Positions 18,580 through 27,608 of a stretch of 46,565 bases of DNA are shown piece after piece. Positions within the stretch are counted from its first letter, which is position 1. Every line of letters starts with the position of its first letter. This DNA comes from Clostridiales bacterium UBA1248. Its GTDB lineage: Bacteria; Bacillota; Clostridia; Oscillospirales; CAG-272. The position numbers and the translations under genes were made by a program. The stretch is from the NCBI GenBank assembly GCA_002308615.1, contig DBWC01000115.1, positions 12,017-58,581 on the forward strand, given 5' to 3'. The notes under the pieces were generated by a model, which saw only the letters and a list, made by a program, of their open reading frames with translations, was not told the origin of the DNA and did no database searches.

Positions 18580-20730
18580 ATGAATAAACTGAAAGTTACA
18601 GCGGTCATACTCGCTTTAGTATTCCTGCTTTCCGCCGCGGCGGCGGCGACAGGAGAGCTTAAGGGGCAGAGCACCCACAACACGACGGAAATATATCCGG
18701 GCGTTGTGCGTCATTATTACGAGCTGCCGGCAAGCTCGCCTTATAAGCTGCAGAAAATAAACGTTATAGAATTCGATCTGGCGCAAAGGGATCTTTATTT
18801 TGACGTCGTTTACCCGAGCGACTGCGCAGTAAAGCTTGCAACGACCAAAAACGTTATGAGCACCTTTACCACGCAGAATAACGGAAAAACAGCTATAGCC
18901 GGCGTAAACGGCGATTTGTGGATGGTAACGTACGCTCACGCGAGAGTCGAGGGCAAGGGCACTAAATACGGCGGATATTCGGACGCCGTGGTAAAAAAGA
19001 GCTTTCCCGTATCCCGCGGCTTCAATATATCAGACGGCGAGATATATTCAACTGCTCATATGGTGCAGGAAACGCCCTATGAGGGAGAATTTCAGGCTTT
19101 CGGCGTAACGGACGATTTCGTTCCCGTTATGGGCAATCCGCAGGCGACCGTTATGATAAAGGATACGGATACGGGCAAAGAAGTCAAGGCGGACGGCATA
19201 AACAGACTCCCCGCAAACAACGCCCTCGTAGTATATACTGATAAGGCGATGAAAGGTCTGAATCAGTTTGCGCTTGACGACGCGTACGAGATCTTGATAG
19301 AGTTTGACGGCGATTATAAGATGTGCCACGGTATGAACGTCACAGGCACGTTAAAAGCTGTATACGGCCCGGACGACGGCGACCCGCCGCTGCTTAACAA
19401 AAAGCAAATGGTGCTAACCGCACGCGGAAACAGAGTTTCCTATATCAATGAATTCAATATAGGCGATAAGATAAATATAACCTGCGAGATCACGGACAAA
19501 GAAGGCCGTTCGGATATGTGGCAGAGAGTTACCAACTGTGTCGGCGGTCACATCCCGTTTGTCAGAAACGGAAAGCTGACCGGTATAGGCGTCGGAGACG
19601 GCGCGAACTATCCGTCGACCATACTCGGTTATACGTCTGATAAAAAAGTCGTTATGATAACGATAGACGGCAGACAGAGCGGTTATTCAGTCGGCGCAAG
19701 CACTTCAACGCTCGCACAGCTTGCTAAGGATCTCGACCTGTACGACGCGTTCCTCGTTGACGGCGGCGGCTCCACGACCATGACCGTAGCGGACGGAAAC
19801 GATTATAAAAAGCTGACGACCGTTAACAGCCCGTCAGACGGCTCAGACCGCTCCGTAAACAATTCCGTGATACTTTCGATAGGCAAGGAAAGAGCGGCGC
19901 AGGGCGAATTTGAAATAGAAGTGCCGGAGAAGGTGGAGATAGATATGACAAACCTCTCTTTCCCGTCAAAAGCCTACGCGGACGCGACGGCGGGCGCCAT
20001 GAACGAGTGCGTCTACGACTGGGAGAACGGCGACCTCAAGCTCACCGCAGCGGATCTTAAAACAAACGACCCGTACGTGAATATAAGCTATCAGTTTGCG
20101 AAAGAAAACATATCAGCCGACGAATATAAAATAGCGACGGTCGTATATAAGCTGCCGGAAACGAACGCGCGCGAGTCGTATTTTACCGAGATATTCTTCT
20201 GCGCCAACGGCGCCGGAGCCGAGGGCGGACAGTCGGCGCAGGGCAAGGTACAGCGCACAGGCAAGTATGAGTACGTCAATATAAGCGCGGAGAGAGTTTC
20301 AAAATGGAAAGGCACGGCAACAGGAATACGCCTTGATTTCTTCACCGGAGCATCGGAAGGCGATTCGATGTACGTCCATAATATACTGTTCAGCAAGACA
20401 GCGGAGGAAGCGGATGAAAAAGCCGCGTACATAGTCGGCGTGCTGAACGGCGAGATAGAAGAGGTGACAGAAACGGAAACCGAAACAGAGCCCGAAACGA
20501 AAACGGAGACCGAGACCGAAACAGGACACGAAACGGAAACCGAAACCGAGGCCGAAACCGAGGAGGCAATAACGACCTTGGAAGAAGCAATAACGACGGA
20601 TGCCGAAACGGAAAAAACAGTTGACAATGCCGCGGAGGATAAAATAAATCCGTTTATCATAATCGGCATCGTCGCCGCCGGCGCGGTAATAACGGTCGTA
20701 ATAATCCTTGTAATAAAGAAAAAGAAATAA
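18580..20730 (+). CDS. Cell-surface phosphodiester glycosidase (NAGPA) family protein with CBM-like domain and C-terminal membrane anchor
   Basis: Signal peptide; AGVNGD, IDGRQ and VDGGGSTTM motifs; E/T-rich linker; C-terminal TM segment plus KKKK. Confidence 0.85.
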   Translation: MNKLKVTAVILALVFLLSAAAAATGELKGQSTHNTTEIYPGVVRHYYELPASSPYKLQKINVIEFDLAQRDLYFDVVYPSDCAVKLATTKNVMSTFTTQNNGKTAIAGVNGDLWMVTYAHARVEGKGTKYGGYSDAVVKKSFPVSRGFNISDGEIYSTAHMVQETPYEGEFQAFGVTDDFVPVMGNPQATVMIKDTDTGKEVKADGINRLPANNALVVYTDKAMKGLNQFALDDAYEILIEFDGDYKMCHGMNVTGTLKAVYGPDDGDPPLLNKKQMVLTARGNRVSYINEFNIGDKINITCEITDKEGRSDMWQRVTNCVGGHIPFVRNGKLTGIGVGDGANYPSTILGYTSDKKVVMITIDGRQSGYSVGASTSTLAQLAKDLDLYDAFLVDGGGSTTMTVADGNDYKKLTTVNSPSDGSDRSVNNSVILSIGKERAAQGEFEIEVPEKVEIDMTNLSFPSKAYADATAGAMNECVYDWENGDLKLTAADLKTNDPYVNISYQFAKENISADEYKIATVVYKLPETNARESYFTEIFFCANGAGAEGGQSAQGKVQRTGKYEYVNISAERVSKWKGTATGIRLDFFTGASEGDSMYVHNILFSKTAEEADEKAAYIVGVLNGEIEEVTETETETEPETKTETETETGHETETETEAETEEAITTLEEAITTDAETEKTVDNAAEDKINPFIIIGIVAAGAVITVVIILVIKKKK

Positions 20731-20760
20731 TATAATTATATTTATTCAACATAAACACCG

Positions 20761-20787
20761 GTCTGTCGGATAATTTCCGGCAGACTT
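20761..20787 (+). terminator. Probable terminator hairpin
   Basis: GTCTGTCGGA-TAATT-TCCGGCAGAC with a weak U-tail. Confidence 0.5.
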
Positions 20788-20886
20788 ATGGATTTTAAGA
20801 AAAAAAATAAAAAAAGCCGTGACTTTTGACTGCAAAATCCATATTACAATAATGAAAGCGCTTTTAGATCCACAAGGGAGGCAAAG

Positions 20887-21453
20887 ATGGAAGATTCCGA
20901 AATAATCAGGCTGTTTTTTGACAGGGACGAAAACGCCATTGAGCAGACGCGGCAGAAATACGGCGCAAAATGCGATGTGATCGCATACGGCATACTTAGA
21001 AACAAGCAGGACGCCGAGGAAGCCGTATCGGACGCTTATTACACGCTGTGGAACAACATACCGCCGGACAGACCCGTCGTTTTCTGCGCGTATCTGTATA
21101 AGACCGTGCGAAATCTGGCACTGCTCAGATACAACGCCGAGAAGACGGACAAACGCCGCGTAAATTCCGAAGCATCCGTCATATCCGAGCTTGACGAATG
21201 TATGAGCCCGGACTTTGTGGACGATCAGTATGAAGAACGCGAGCTTACGGAATTGCTGAACCGGTTTTTGAAGACCCTGAACGAAGCGGATCGCGGAATA
21301 TTCGTTTGCAGGTATTTTGCAAATATGGAATACAAGGAAATATCGGAAAAGTACGGCTTTTCACAAAGCCGCGTGAAAATGTCGCTTCACAGAAGCAGAG
21401 AGAAGCTTAAAAAAATATTAAGCGAGGAGGGATATTATCATGAGCAGCAATAA
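20887..21453 (+). CDS. ECF RNA polymerase sigma factor (ECF-1)
   Basis: Region 2 (QDAEEAVSDAY) and region 4 HTH (YKEISEKYGFSQSRVKMSLHRSR). Confidence 0.93.
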   Translation: MEDSEIIRLFFDRDENAIEQTRQKYGAKCDVIAYGILRNKQDAEEAVSDAYYTLWNNIPPDRPVVFCAYLYKTVRNLALLRYNAEKTDKRRVNSEASVISELDECMSPDFVDDQYEERELTELLNRFLKTLNEADRGIFVCRYFANMEYKEISEKYGFSQSRVKMSLHRSREKLKKILSEEGYYHEQQ

Positions 21454-23440
21454 GCTTTATAACGCTATGGGAAAAATAGATGACGGCATTATAAAAGAAA
21501 CGTTTGAATATAAAGCAGCTAAAGTAAAAAATTACAAGCTGCGCACCGTTATAGAAGCCGCCGCCTGCGTTATGATAGTATGCGGATTTATAGTTCTTTC
21601 GCTTGTGTTAAGAAACTTGACCGGTCCCTCAACCCCCGGCGCCTCATCGGATACGGTAGATGAACAAACCACGTACGAAACGGATCAGATGATAATAACG
21701 ACCGCGCTGACGGACGGTACGGAGACGGAAGAACAAACAACGACCTCCGAAACGACGGAGTCCGAAACGACAGCCTCCGAAACTACGACGTCCGAAACTA
21801 CGTCTGCGGAGACCGCACCGGAAACGACCGAACCGGAAACGACGGTGCACGAAACGACGGTACCCGAAACGACAGCTCCGGAGACAACGTCGCCGGAAAC
21901 TACGGCGGCAGATACGGAAAAGCCCGAACCGTCCGTGTATACCGCTCCCGCGCCTGAAGATAAAAACGGTTACAAGCTGTTCGTAAATCATATAGACGTA
22001 ACGAATTTCACTTATTTCGGCGTTCACTCGGATGAAAACACGATCCTGCCGCTTTCCGTGATCATAAGCTTCTTAGAGCACGGCTCGTCGGAGGTCAAAG
22101 GAACAGACACGGTGATTTTGAAATATGGAGACGACGAATTCACGCTGAAGGTCAAAGAACGGGTTATGACCGGAAACAACTACAGCGAAAACTGGTTCGA
22201 TAATAAGCAGACGAAGACGACCGCGCTGTATGTAGCGGAGGGCACGCTTTACGCGGATATCGAAACGGTGAACGAATTTCTTTCTGAATTTGTTAACGCC
22301 GAGGTGATAATAGACCGCTCCGAAAAGACGGTAACGGCAAAGGATCCATACTACGATGAAGATACGCGTCACATACCGGTGCTCGCGAGCGATCCGGCAG
22401 GTTTTAACAAAAACGGCTATAAGCTGTATATCAACGGCAATAACGCCACGCAGACAGTCAATTTTGACGTAAGCGGAGACGGCGAGGTGACGATACCGTT
22501 TGCCGCAGTCTTAAACGGCTTGAAGCGCTGTGAAACGAAGGATTTCGGCTCATCCGTCAGCATAAAATACGACGGCGTGACTTATTCTTTCAATACGGCA
22601 AAATACGAACTGACTGGCAGCAGCTTTAACGGAAACTGGTTTGACGGTAAGGAAACGCTTTTTATGGCGTTTTACGTAAAAGACCGCGCCGTGTATACGG
22701 ATATGAATTTATTGAACGAATTTCTTTCCGATTTCGCGGGCGGCTCGGCGACGGTTGATCACAAAAACAAGATAATCGAGATAAAGGATAAGTATTACGA
22801 CGAGGAAAGCCCGAAACAGACGCTGATCACAAAAGAAAAGCATGTTATCCCGTTCTCGGACGGTGCGTTCTTCACGGTAACGTACGGCGACGAAAACGAG
22901 AAAAACCCGGGTTACACGCGTATAGATTTTTACGTGCCCGCAAAAGACGACGGTGATACGCCCGTTATTGCAAACTGGGTTAACGTGCCGGACGGCGCAC
23001 GCGTCAGAATAACAGCGAGACGCAAAACGAACAACGCGATAGAGGTGTTTTACTGGAGCGAGTATTCCGGTGAGTCAGACGGCGGAGAATACTCATATTA
23101 CGCCGCTGCCAGCCGGTTTGAACTGTATTATACAATGGTAAAGCCCGACGCGGCTTTCCCGTATTTATATACTGCGGCCGGCAAAAGCGTCTCGTTTACG
23201 TATACGGACGGGAATAAAGATAACAAGATGATGATCAATCAGAAAAATTACGTACCTGTCGAAGCGCTCGCGTCATCGCTCAACGACGCAGTCGCGGAGC
23301 CGGAGCAGACCACGGATAAGTCTGTTGATCCCGTTATTCTTTATGAGTCGGACGGCGTCACGGGATCGTTCTTACAGCCGTACGATATAAACGACCCGTT
23401 TACTCTTGACGCCGGTCAAAGTATGTTTTTCGGTGGGTAA
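21440..23440 (+). CDS. Putative anti-sigma factor: single TM, T/E/P-rich linker, two tandem stalk-like (Cu amine oxidase N-terminal-like) domains
   Basis: Overlaps the ECF stop codon. LYNAMGKIDD N-terminus, a TM segment and an internal 149-aa duplication. Confidence 0.75.
   Translation: MSSNKLYNAMGKIDDGIIKETFEYKAAKVKNYKLRTVIEAAACVMIVCGFIVLSLVLRNLTGPSTPGASSDTVDEQTTYETDQMIITTALTDGTETEEQTTTSETTESETTASETTTSETTSAETAPETTEPETTVHETTVPETTAPETTSPETTAADTEKPEPSVYTAPAPEDKNGYKLFVNHIDVTNFTYFGVHSDENTILPLSVIISFLEHGSSEVKGTDTVILKYGDDEFTLKVKERVMTGNNYSENWFDNKQTKTTALYVAEGTLYADIETVNEFLSEFVNAEVIIDRSEKTVTAKDPYYDEDTRHIPVLASDPAGFNKNGYKLYINGNNATQTVNFDVSGDGEVTIPFAAVLNGLKRCETKDFGSSVSIKYDGVTYSFNTAKYELTGSSFNGNWFDGKETLFMAFYVKDRAVYTDMNLLNEFLSDFAGGSATVDHKNKIIEIKDKYYDEESPKQTLITKEKHVIPFSDGAFFTVTYGDENEKNPGYTRIDFYVPAKDDGDTPVIANWVNVPDGARVRITARRKTNNAIEVFYWSEYSGESDGGEYSYYAAASRFELYYTMVKPDAAFPYLYTAAGKSVSFTYTDGNKDNKMMINQKNYVPVEALASSLNDAVAEPEQTTDKSVDPVILYESDGVTGSFLQPYDINDPFTLDAGQSMFFGG
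21730..21905 (+). repeat. In-frame 15-nt degenerate tandem repeat (ETTxx pentapeptide)
   Basis: ETTES ETTAS ETTTS ETTSA ETAP ETTEP ETTVH ETTVP ETTAP ETTSP ETTAA. Confidence 0.85.
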
Positions 23441-23460
23441 TATAAAAAACGGTAAAGCAT

Positions 23461-23486
23461 AAAAGACCGCCTCACGCGGTCTTTTT
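23461..23486 (+). terminator. Intrinsic terminator, shared cassette type
   Basis: AAAAGACCGC-CTCAC-GCGGTCTTTTT. Confidence 0.85.
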
Positions 23487-23593
23487 GCTTTGCGGATCAA
23501 TAAAAGTTTTTTTGAAAAAAATAGACTTTTTTACATAAAAGAGGTACTATATAGGTAAAGGATCCTTTTAAAGCAAAAAAAGGAGGTGTGAAC

Positions 23594-24157
23594 GTGGATG
23601 ATTCCGAAATATTGAAGCTGTATAAAGACCGTGACGAAAAAGCCCTTGCCGAGGCAAAGAGCAAATACGGCGAAAACTGTAAAAGTATAGCTTACAATAT
23701 TTTAAGAAACCGGCAGGACGCGGAAGAAGTAATGTCCGACGCGCTGTTAAGCAGCTGGAACAGCGTGCCGGACGCGGAGCCTAAGCTGCTCGGCGCGTAT
23801 TTGTACAGGATAACGCGCAATCTGGCGCTTAAAAGATACCGTGACAGCCGGCGTATAAAGCGCATGGGAGATACGGTCACACAGTCGCTTTGTGAGATCG
23901 AGGAATGTCTGCCGTCTTCGTTTAACGTATCCGACGAGCTTGAAGCAAGAGCGCTGTCGGATATCATAAACACGTTTTTGTCCGGACTCGATACAGACGA
24001 ACGCCGCATTTTCATCCTGAGATATTTTTCCGGAATGACTGAAAAAGACGTTTCGGAAAAGCTCGGCATCAGCCGCGGCAAAACAAGATCTTCATTAAAA
24101 AGAATAAGAGAAAACTTAAGTAAAATGCTTAAAAAGGAGGGCTATGATTATGAGTAG
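23594..24157 (+). CDS. ECF RNA polymerase sigma factor (ECF-2)
   Basis: QDAEEVMSDAL and a region 4 HTH. GTG start 7 nt after AGGAGG. Confidence 0.93.
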   Translation: MDDSEILKLYKDRDEKALAEAKSKYGENCKSIAYNILRNRQDAEEVMSDALLSSWNSVPDAEPKLLGAYLYRITRNLALKRYRDSRRIKRMGDTVTQSLCEIEECLPSSFNVSDELEARALSDIINTFLSGLDTDERRIFILRYFSGMTEKDVSEKLGISRGKTRSSLKRIRENLSKMLKKEGYDYE

Positions 24158-25098
24158 ATCCGAATCTTTTTACAACGCCGTATCGGATATTAAAGACGAA
24201 TATATAAACGACGCGATATCGCATAATGCAAAAAAGAAAAGCGGAAACGCCCGCATTGTAACAGAAGCCGCAGCTTGTGTTGTAATAATATGCGGATTTG
24301 TTGCGCTTTCGCTTGTGCTTCGCAGCATATCAAAACCTACCGATGGTAATATAGCCGCATCGTCAGGCACAGAATCCGTGATCGTAACTAATGCGGCGCA
24401 GACCGAATCGGATATTGCGGAAAATACAACCGTGACCGAAACCGCTGAGGAAACCGCGGAAAATGACCGTGCGGAAAGACTGGCGGAGGCGCTCAGCGTG
24501 GTATACGGACACGAGGGTACGACAAAAACGCAGTTCAAACTGCTTGACAGCTTTGACACGGCCGTATATCAGACGTGGAGAAGCCCGATGCTCCGCGTAC
24601 AGAAGATATATTTTGACGAAGCGTACGATCCGGAACCCGTATATTCCGTAAACCCGGAAAACACGTCGGGCGATCCCGTGTGGTACAAAGGCCCGTACGT
24701 AAGATATTACGTATCCGGATACCCGGATTACGCCGAGGATGAGATGCACGTGATACACGTTGATATCTGCGGCGACGATTCGGTAAATATATGCGGAATT
24801 AACGTAAATTCAAGTTTTGAGCAGTTTTCGCAGACGTTTACCGAGCTGGGATTTAAAATTGTGTACGGTGTATACGGACGAGCTGCCTTACACGAAAGGA
24901 AGACAGATAGTAGAGGCGAAGCGCGACGGAATGTGGATAACGCTTGAAAAAGATTCGGTGTTCGCGCTTGAAAGCTCCGACGTATACGGATCGGAAACGC
25001 CCGCGCTCAGTTATGAAAACGGTATCGTTCCCGCGATCCTCCGCATGGGAGTAGAAGTGGAAAACTATATGCCCGTGGAACAGTACGATATGCCGTAA
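24150..25098 (+). pseudogene. Putative anti-sigma factor interrupted by a frameshift near 24861
   Basis: The N-terminus and TM segment are homologous to the 21440 gene. The reading frame continues in ORF 24817-25098, and removing 7 nt (24861-24867) joins the two frames. Confidence 0.65.
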
Positions 25099-25116
25099 AA
25101 AGTCAGTGCACTGCAC

Positions 25117-25141
25117 AAAAGACCGCGTTATGCGGTCTTTT
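25117..25141 (+). terminator. Intrinsic terminator, shared cassette type
   Basis: AAAAGACCGC-GTTAT-GCGGTCTTTT. Confidence 0.85.
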
Positions 25142-25193
25142 GCTTTGTAAAAACCCCGTCACAGAATATTTATACGGAAATGCGGTTTTACGG

Positions 25194-25222
25194 TTGACAA
25201 ATCCGATATATGAGGGTATAAT
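25194..25222 (+). promoter_or_regulatory. Consensus sigma-A promoter
   Basis: TTGACA-17 bp-TATAAT. Confidence 0.85.
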
Positions 25223-25250
25223 TATAAAAAATAAAGCAAAAAGGTCATAT

Positions 25251-26651
25251 ATGCGAAAAAGAAATCTCATAGCGGACGCTTTTTTTGAGGGCGTTTCCGC
25301 GTTTTCGGAACAGAGCGGAGCCGTGGGCTTTGACAGCCGCGCCGAATACTCCGGCATAAGAAAAAAAGGCGAGCTTTCAAAAATGATATGCGTCGCCAGG
25401 TATGCCGATTACGATATAGAATACGTTTATACGGCGTTCGGCGGTATCAACTTTTGCAGTACCTTCAATTTCAGGATCATATTTGACCGCAGTATGCCAT
25501 ACGTCAAATACTCGCCGTACGATATAATGTACAAGATTGACGAGGATGATTTCCGCTGTTATACTTTTGCATATATAGAATCCCCGGAAAAGATGAGGCA
25601 GGTCATAGACGCGCTCTCGCCGTCTCTTTCGGCTCTTTTGCCCAAGCTTGACGATCTGTGCCGCAGAAGAGCGGATATGTCCGATATATTTGATAAGTTT
25701 TCAGACAGCGTAAACGCCTATTACGGAAGGAATATTTTCCACGCAGACGCGGACGACGAGGATTTTGAGAGCTTTATGGAGTCTTATTATCTTGTAGACG
25801 ACGCGTTTTACGTCTCAAAGCCGTACGCGCAGTTTTTGCGCGGCGATTATAATTCCGCGTATAACGGCATGCGCAGGATGAAAAACAAATCGTATTACCA
25901 GATAAGGCTGACGTCGTTTATAGCTTCTCTCGATCACAAATATGAAGCGACTCCGAACGGCTGCGATACGACGGGAGAGGGCGTCTTTTCCGGCAAAACG
26001 CAGATAATACGCACGATAACAGCGGCGCTTTTGCTTTTGATCCCGTGCGCGGCGGTGCTCGCGGGGATACATTTCTTATCCGCCGCGCTCATATACAGAG
26101 GCGCCTTGTGGTCTGACGCGTGGTTCGTTTTAAACGCAATGCGTTATATATCCTCGTCCGTGATACCGGCGTTTGCCTTCAGCTGGTACGCAAGAGGCGT
26201 AACGCTGATATTCTTCAAGCCGGAAAGACGCAGATATCTTTCCGCGCTTGACAAAATAAGCATAGACAAAAGAAGATCCGGCTGCCTGTTCATCATCGTA
26301 TGTGCGATATGCGTCATGCTTATCGCGTCCGTTATGCTGACCTGCAATTCATATGCCGCGTTTTACAGCGACGGGATACGTCTTCCGTCAGAAACCGCGC
26401 CGGTAAATAGTGACAACTACGCGTATTCGGACGTCGAAAAGCTCGTTTACGCGGAGGGAGCGTACAATTTATACGGCTATTACGTTTCCGCGGATCAATA
26501 TATAATAGTTTTGAAAAACGGGAAAAAATATATGCTCTCGTACGAGGTAACAAGCACCGTGATAAAAGAAAAGATCATCCCGATATTTGAAGAAAAAGGC
26601 GTTCCTATAATAACCGTACACGACGCGGACGATATTGATTTCATACCGTAA
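25251..26651 (+). CDS. Hypothetical membrane protein (soluble N-terminal domain, about 3 TM segments, C-terminal domain)
   Basis: Long ORF; ATG at 25251 lies downstream of the consensus promoter. Confidence 0.75.
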   Translation: MRKRNLIADAFFEGVSAFSEQSGAVGFDSRAEYSGIRKKGELSKMICVARYADYDIEYVYTAFGGINFCSTFNFRIIFDRSMPYVKYSPYDIMYKIDEDDFRCYTFAYIESPEKMRQVIDALSPSLSALLPKLDDLCRRRADMSDIFDKFSDSVNAYYGRNIFHADADDEDFESFMESYYLVDDAFYVSKPYAQFLRGDYNSAYNGMRRMKNKSYYQIRLTSFIASLDHKYEATPNGCDTTGEGVFSGKTQIIRTITAALLLLIPCAAVLAGIHFLSAALIYRGALWSDAWFVLNAMRYISSSVIPAFAFSWYARGVTLIFFKPERRRYLSALDKISIDKRRSGCLFIIVCAICVMLIASVMLTCNSYAAFYSDGIRLPSETAPVNSDNYAYSDVEKLVYAEGAYNLYGYYVSADQYIIVLKNGKKYMLSYEVTSTVIKEKIIPIFEEKGVPIITVHDADDIDFIP

Positions 26652-26942
26652 AAAAAGGCGGCCGACAGCCTGTTTTTCATAAAGAAGATAACAGTATGAA
26701 CTTGTCCCGGGAATCGGACGGACAGTAAAATGCCCGTCTTTTTCTGTATTATTTGTACTCTTTTGAAACGATTTTAAAGGGGTTCGGGCTTAGCCCGATG
26801 TGTTTGTGGGCGGCGGCTGTGCCACCGTACCACAAATGCAAAACTCGCATTATCGGGAATCTCCGCTATCGCGCAGTCTCTTTCGACAAATGATGTAAGC
26901 TGAAAAAAACACGGTATTGCGTTATCGGAGATAAAAAATCAC

Positions 26943-26971
26943 TTGTAAATCGCGATAAAAAACGGTATACT
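26943..26971 (+). promoter_or_regulatory. Candidate sigma-A promoter
   Basis: TTGTAA-17 bp-TATACT. Confidence 0.55.
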
Positions 26972-27062
26972 TTAATTGAAAAGGAGAATTTTTATGTAAA
27001 AACGTAAGATTGACTGAATTTCCGGGTATATAATAGTGAATCGATTCAAAAGGAGACGGTCT

Positions 27063-27608
27063 ATGGAAGACGGCGCATTAATAAAACTGTGTCACTCCGA
27101 CAAAAACAAGGGCATGGAGCAGGTTTTGAAAAAATACACGGGCTTTGTTTTTGCAATAGTCAAAAGCAGGCTTTGTGAGGTATGCGATTCGTCCGAAATA
27201 GAGGACTGTGTGAGCGACGTGTTCATTCGTTTCTCGGAGAGCTTTGACAAATACGACACGCAAAGATCCTCGCTTAAAACGTACCTCGGCGTTATGGCGA
27301 AAAACCTCGCATCAAACGCCGCGAGGGATAAATTATCAACCATGCCGCTTGACGACGACGGGATGATTGATGTACCCGATACGTTCAGCGTTGAGGACGC
27401 GGCGGCGGAAAAGGAGTTAATAAAGGTCGTAACAGAGCAGATAAAACTGCTCGGTCCGCCCGATTCGGATATCATTTTCCGCAAGTATTACATAGGTCAA
27501 AGCTCGAAGCAGATAGCAAAGGAGCTTAAAATGAGCGTGTCAAACGTCGACGTCCGCGCGCACAGAGCTATGGAAAAACTGCGTAAAATACTCGGAGGCA
27601 TAATATGA
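27063..27608 (+). CDS. ECF RNA polymerase sigma factor (ECF-3)
   Basis: EIEDCVSDVF, SLKTYL and SKQIAKELKMSVSNVDVRAHRA. AGGAG RBS. Confidence 0.93.
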   Translation: MEDGALIKLCHSDKNKGMEQVLKKYTGFVFAIVKSRLCEVCDSSEIEDCVSDVFIRFSESFDKYDTQRSSLKTYLGVMAKNLASNAARDKLSTMPLDDDGMIDVPDTFSVEDAAAEKELIKVVTEQIKLLGPPDSDIIFRKYYIGQSSKQIAKELKMSVSNVDVRAHRAMEKLRKILGGII

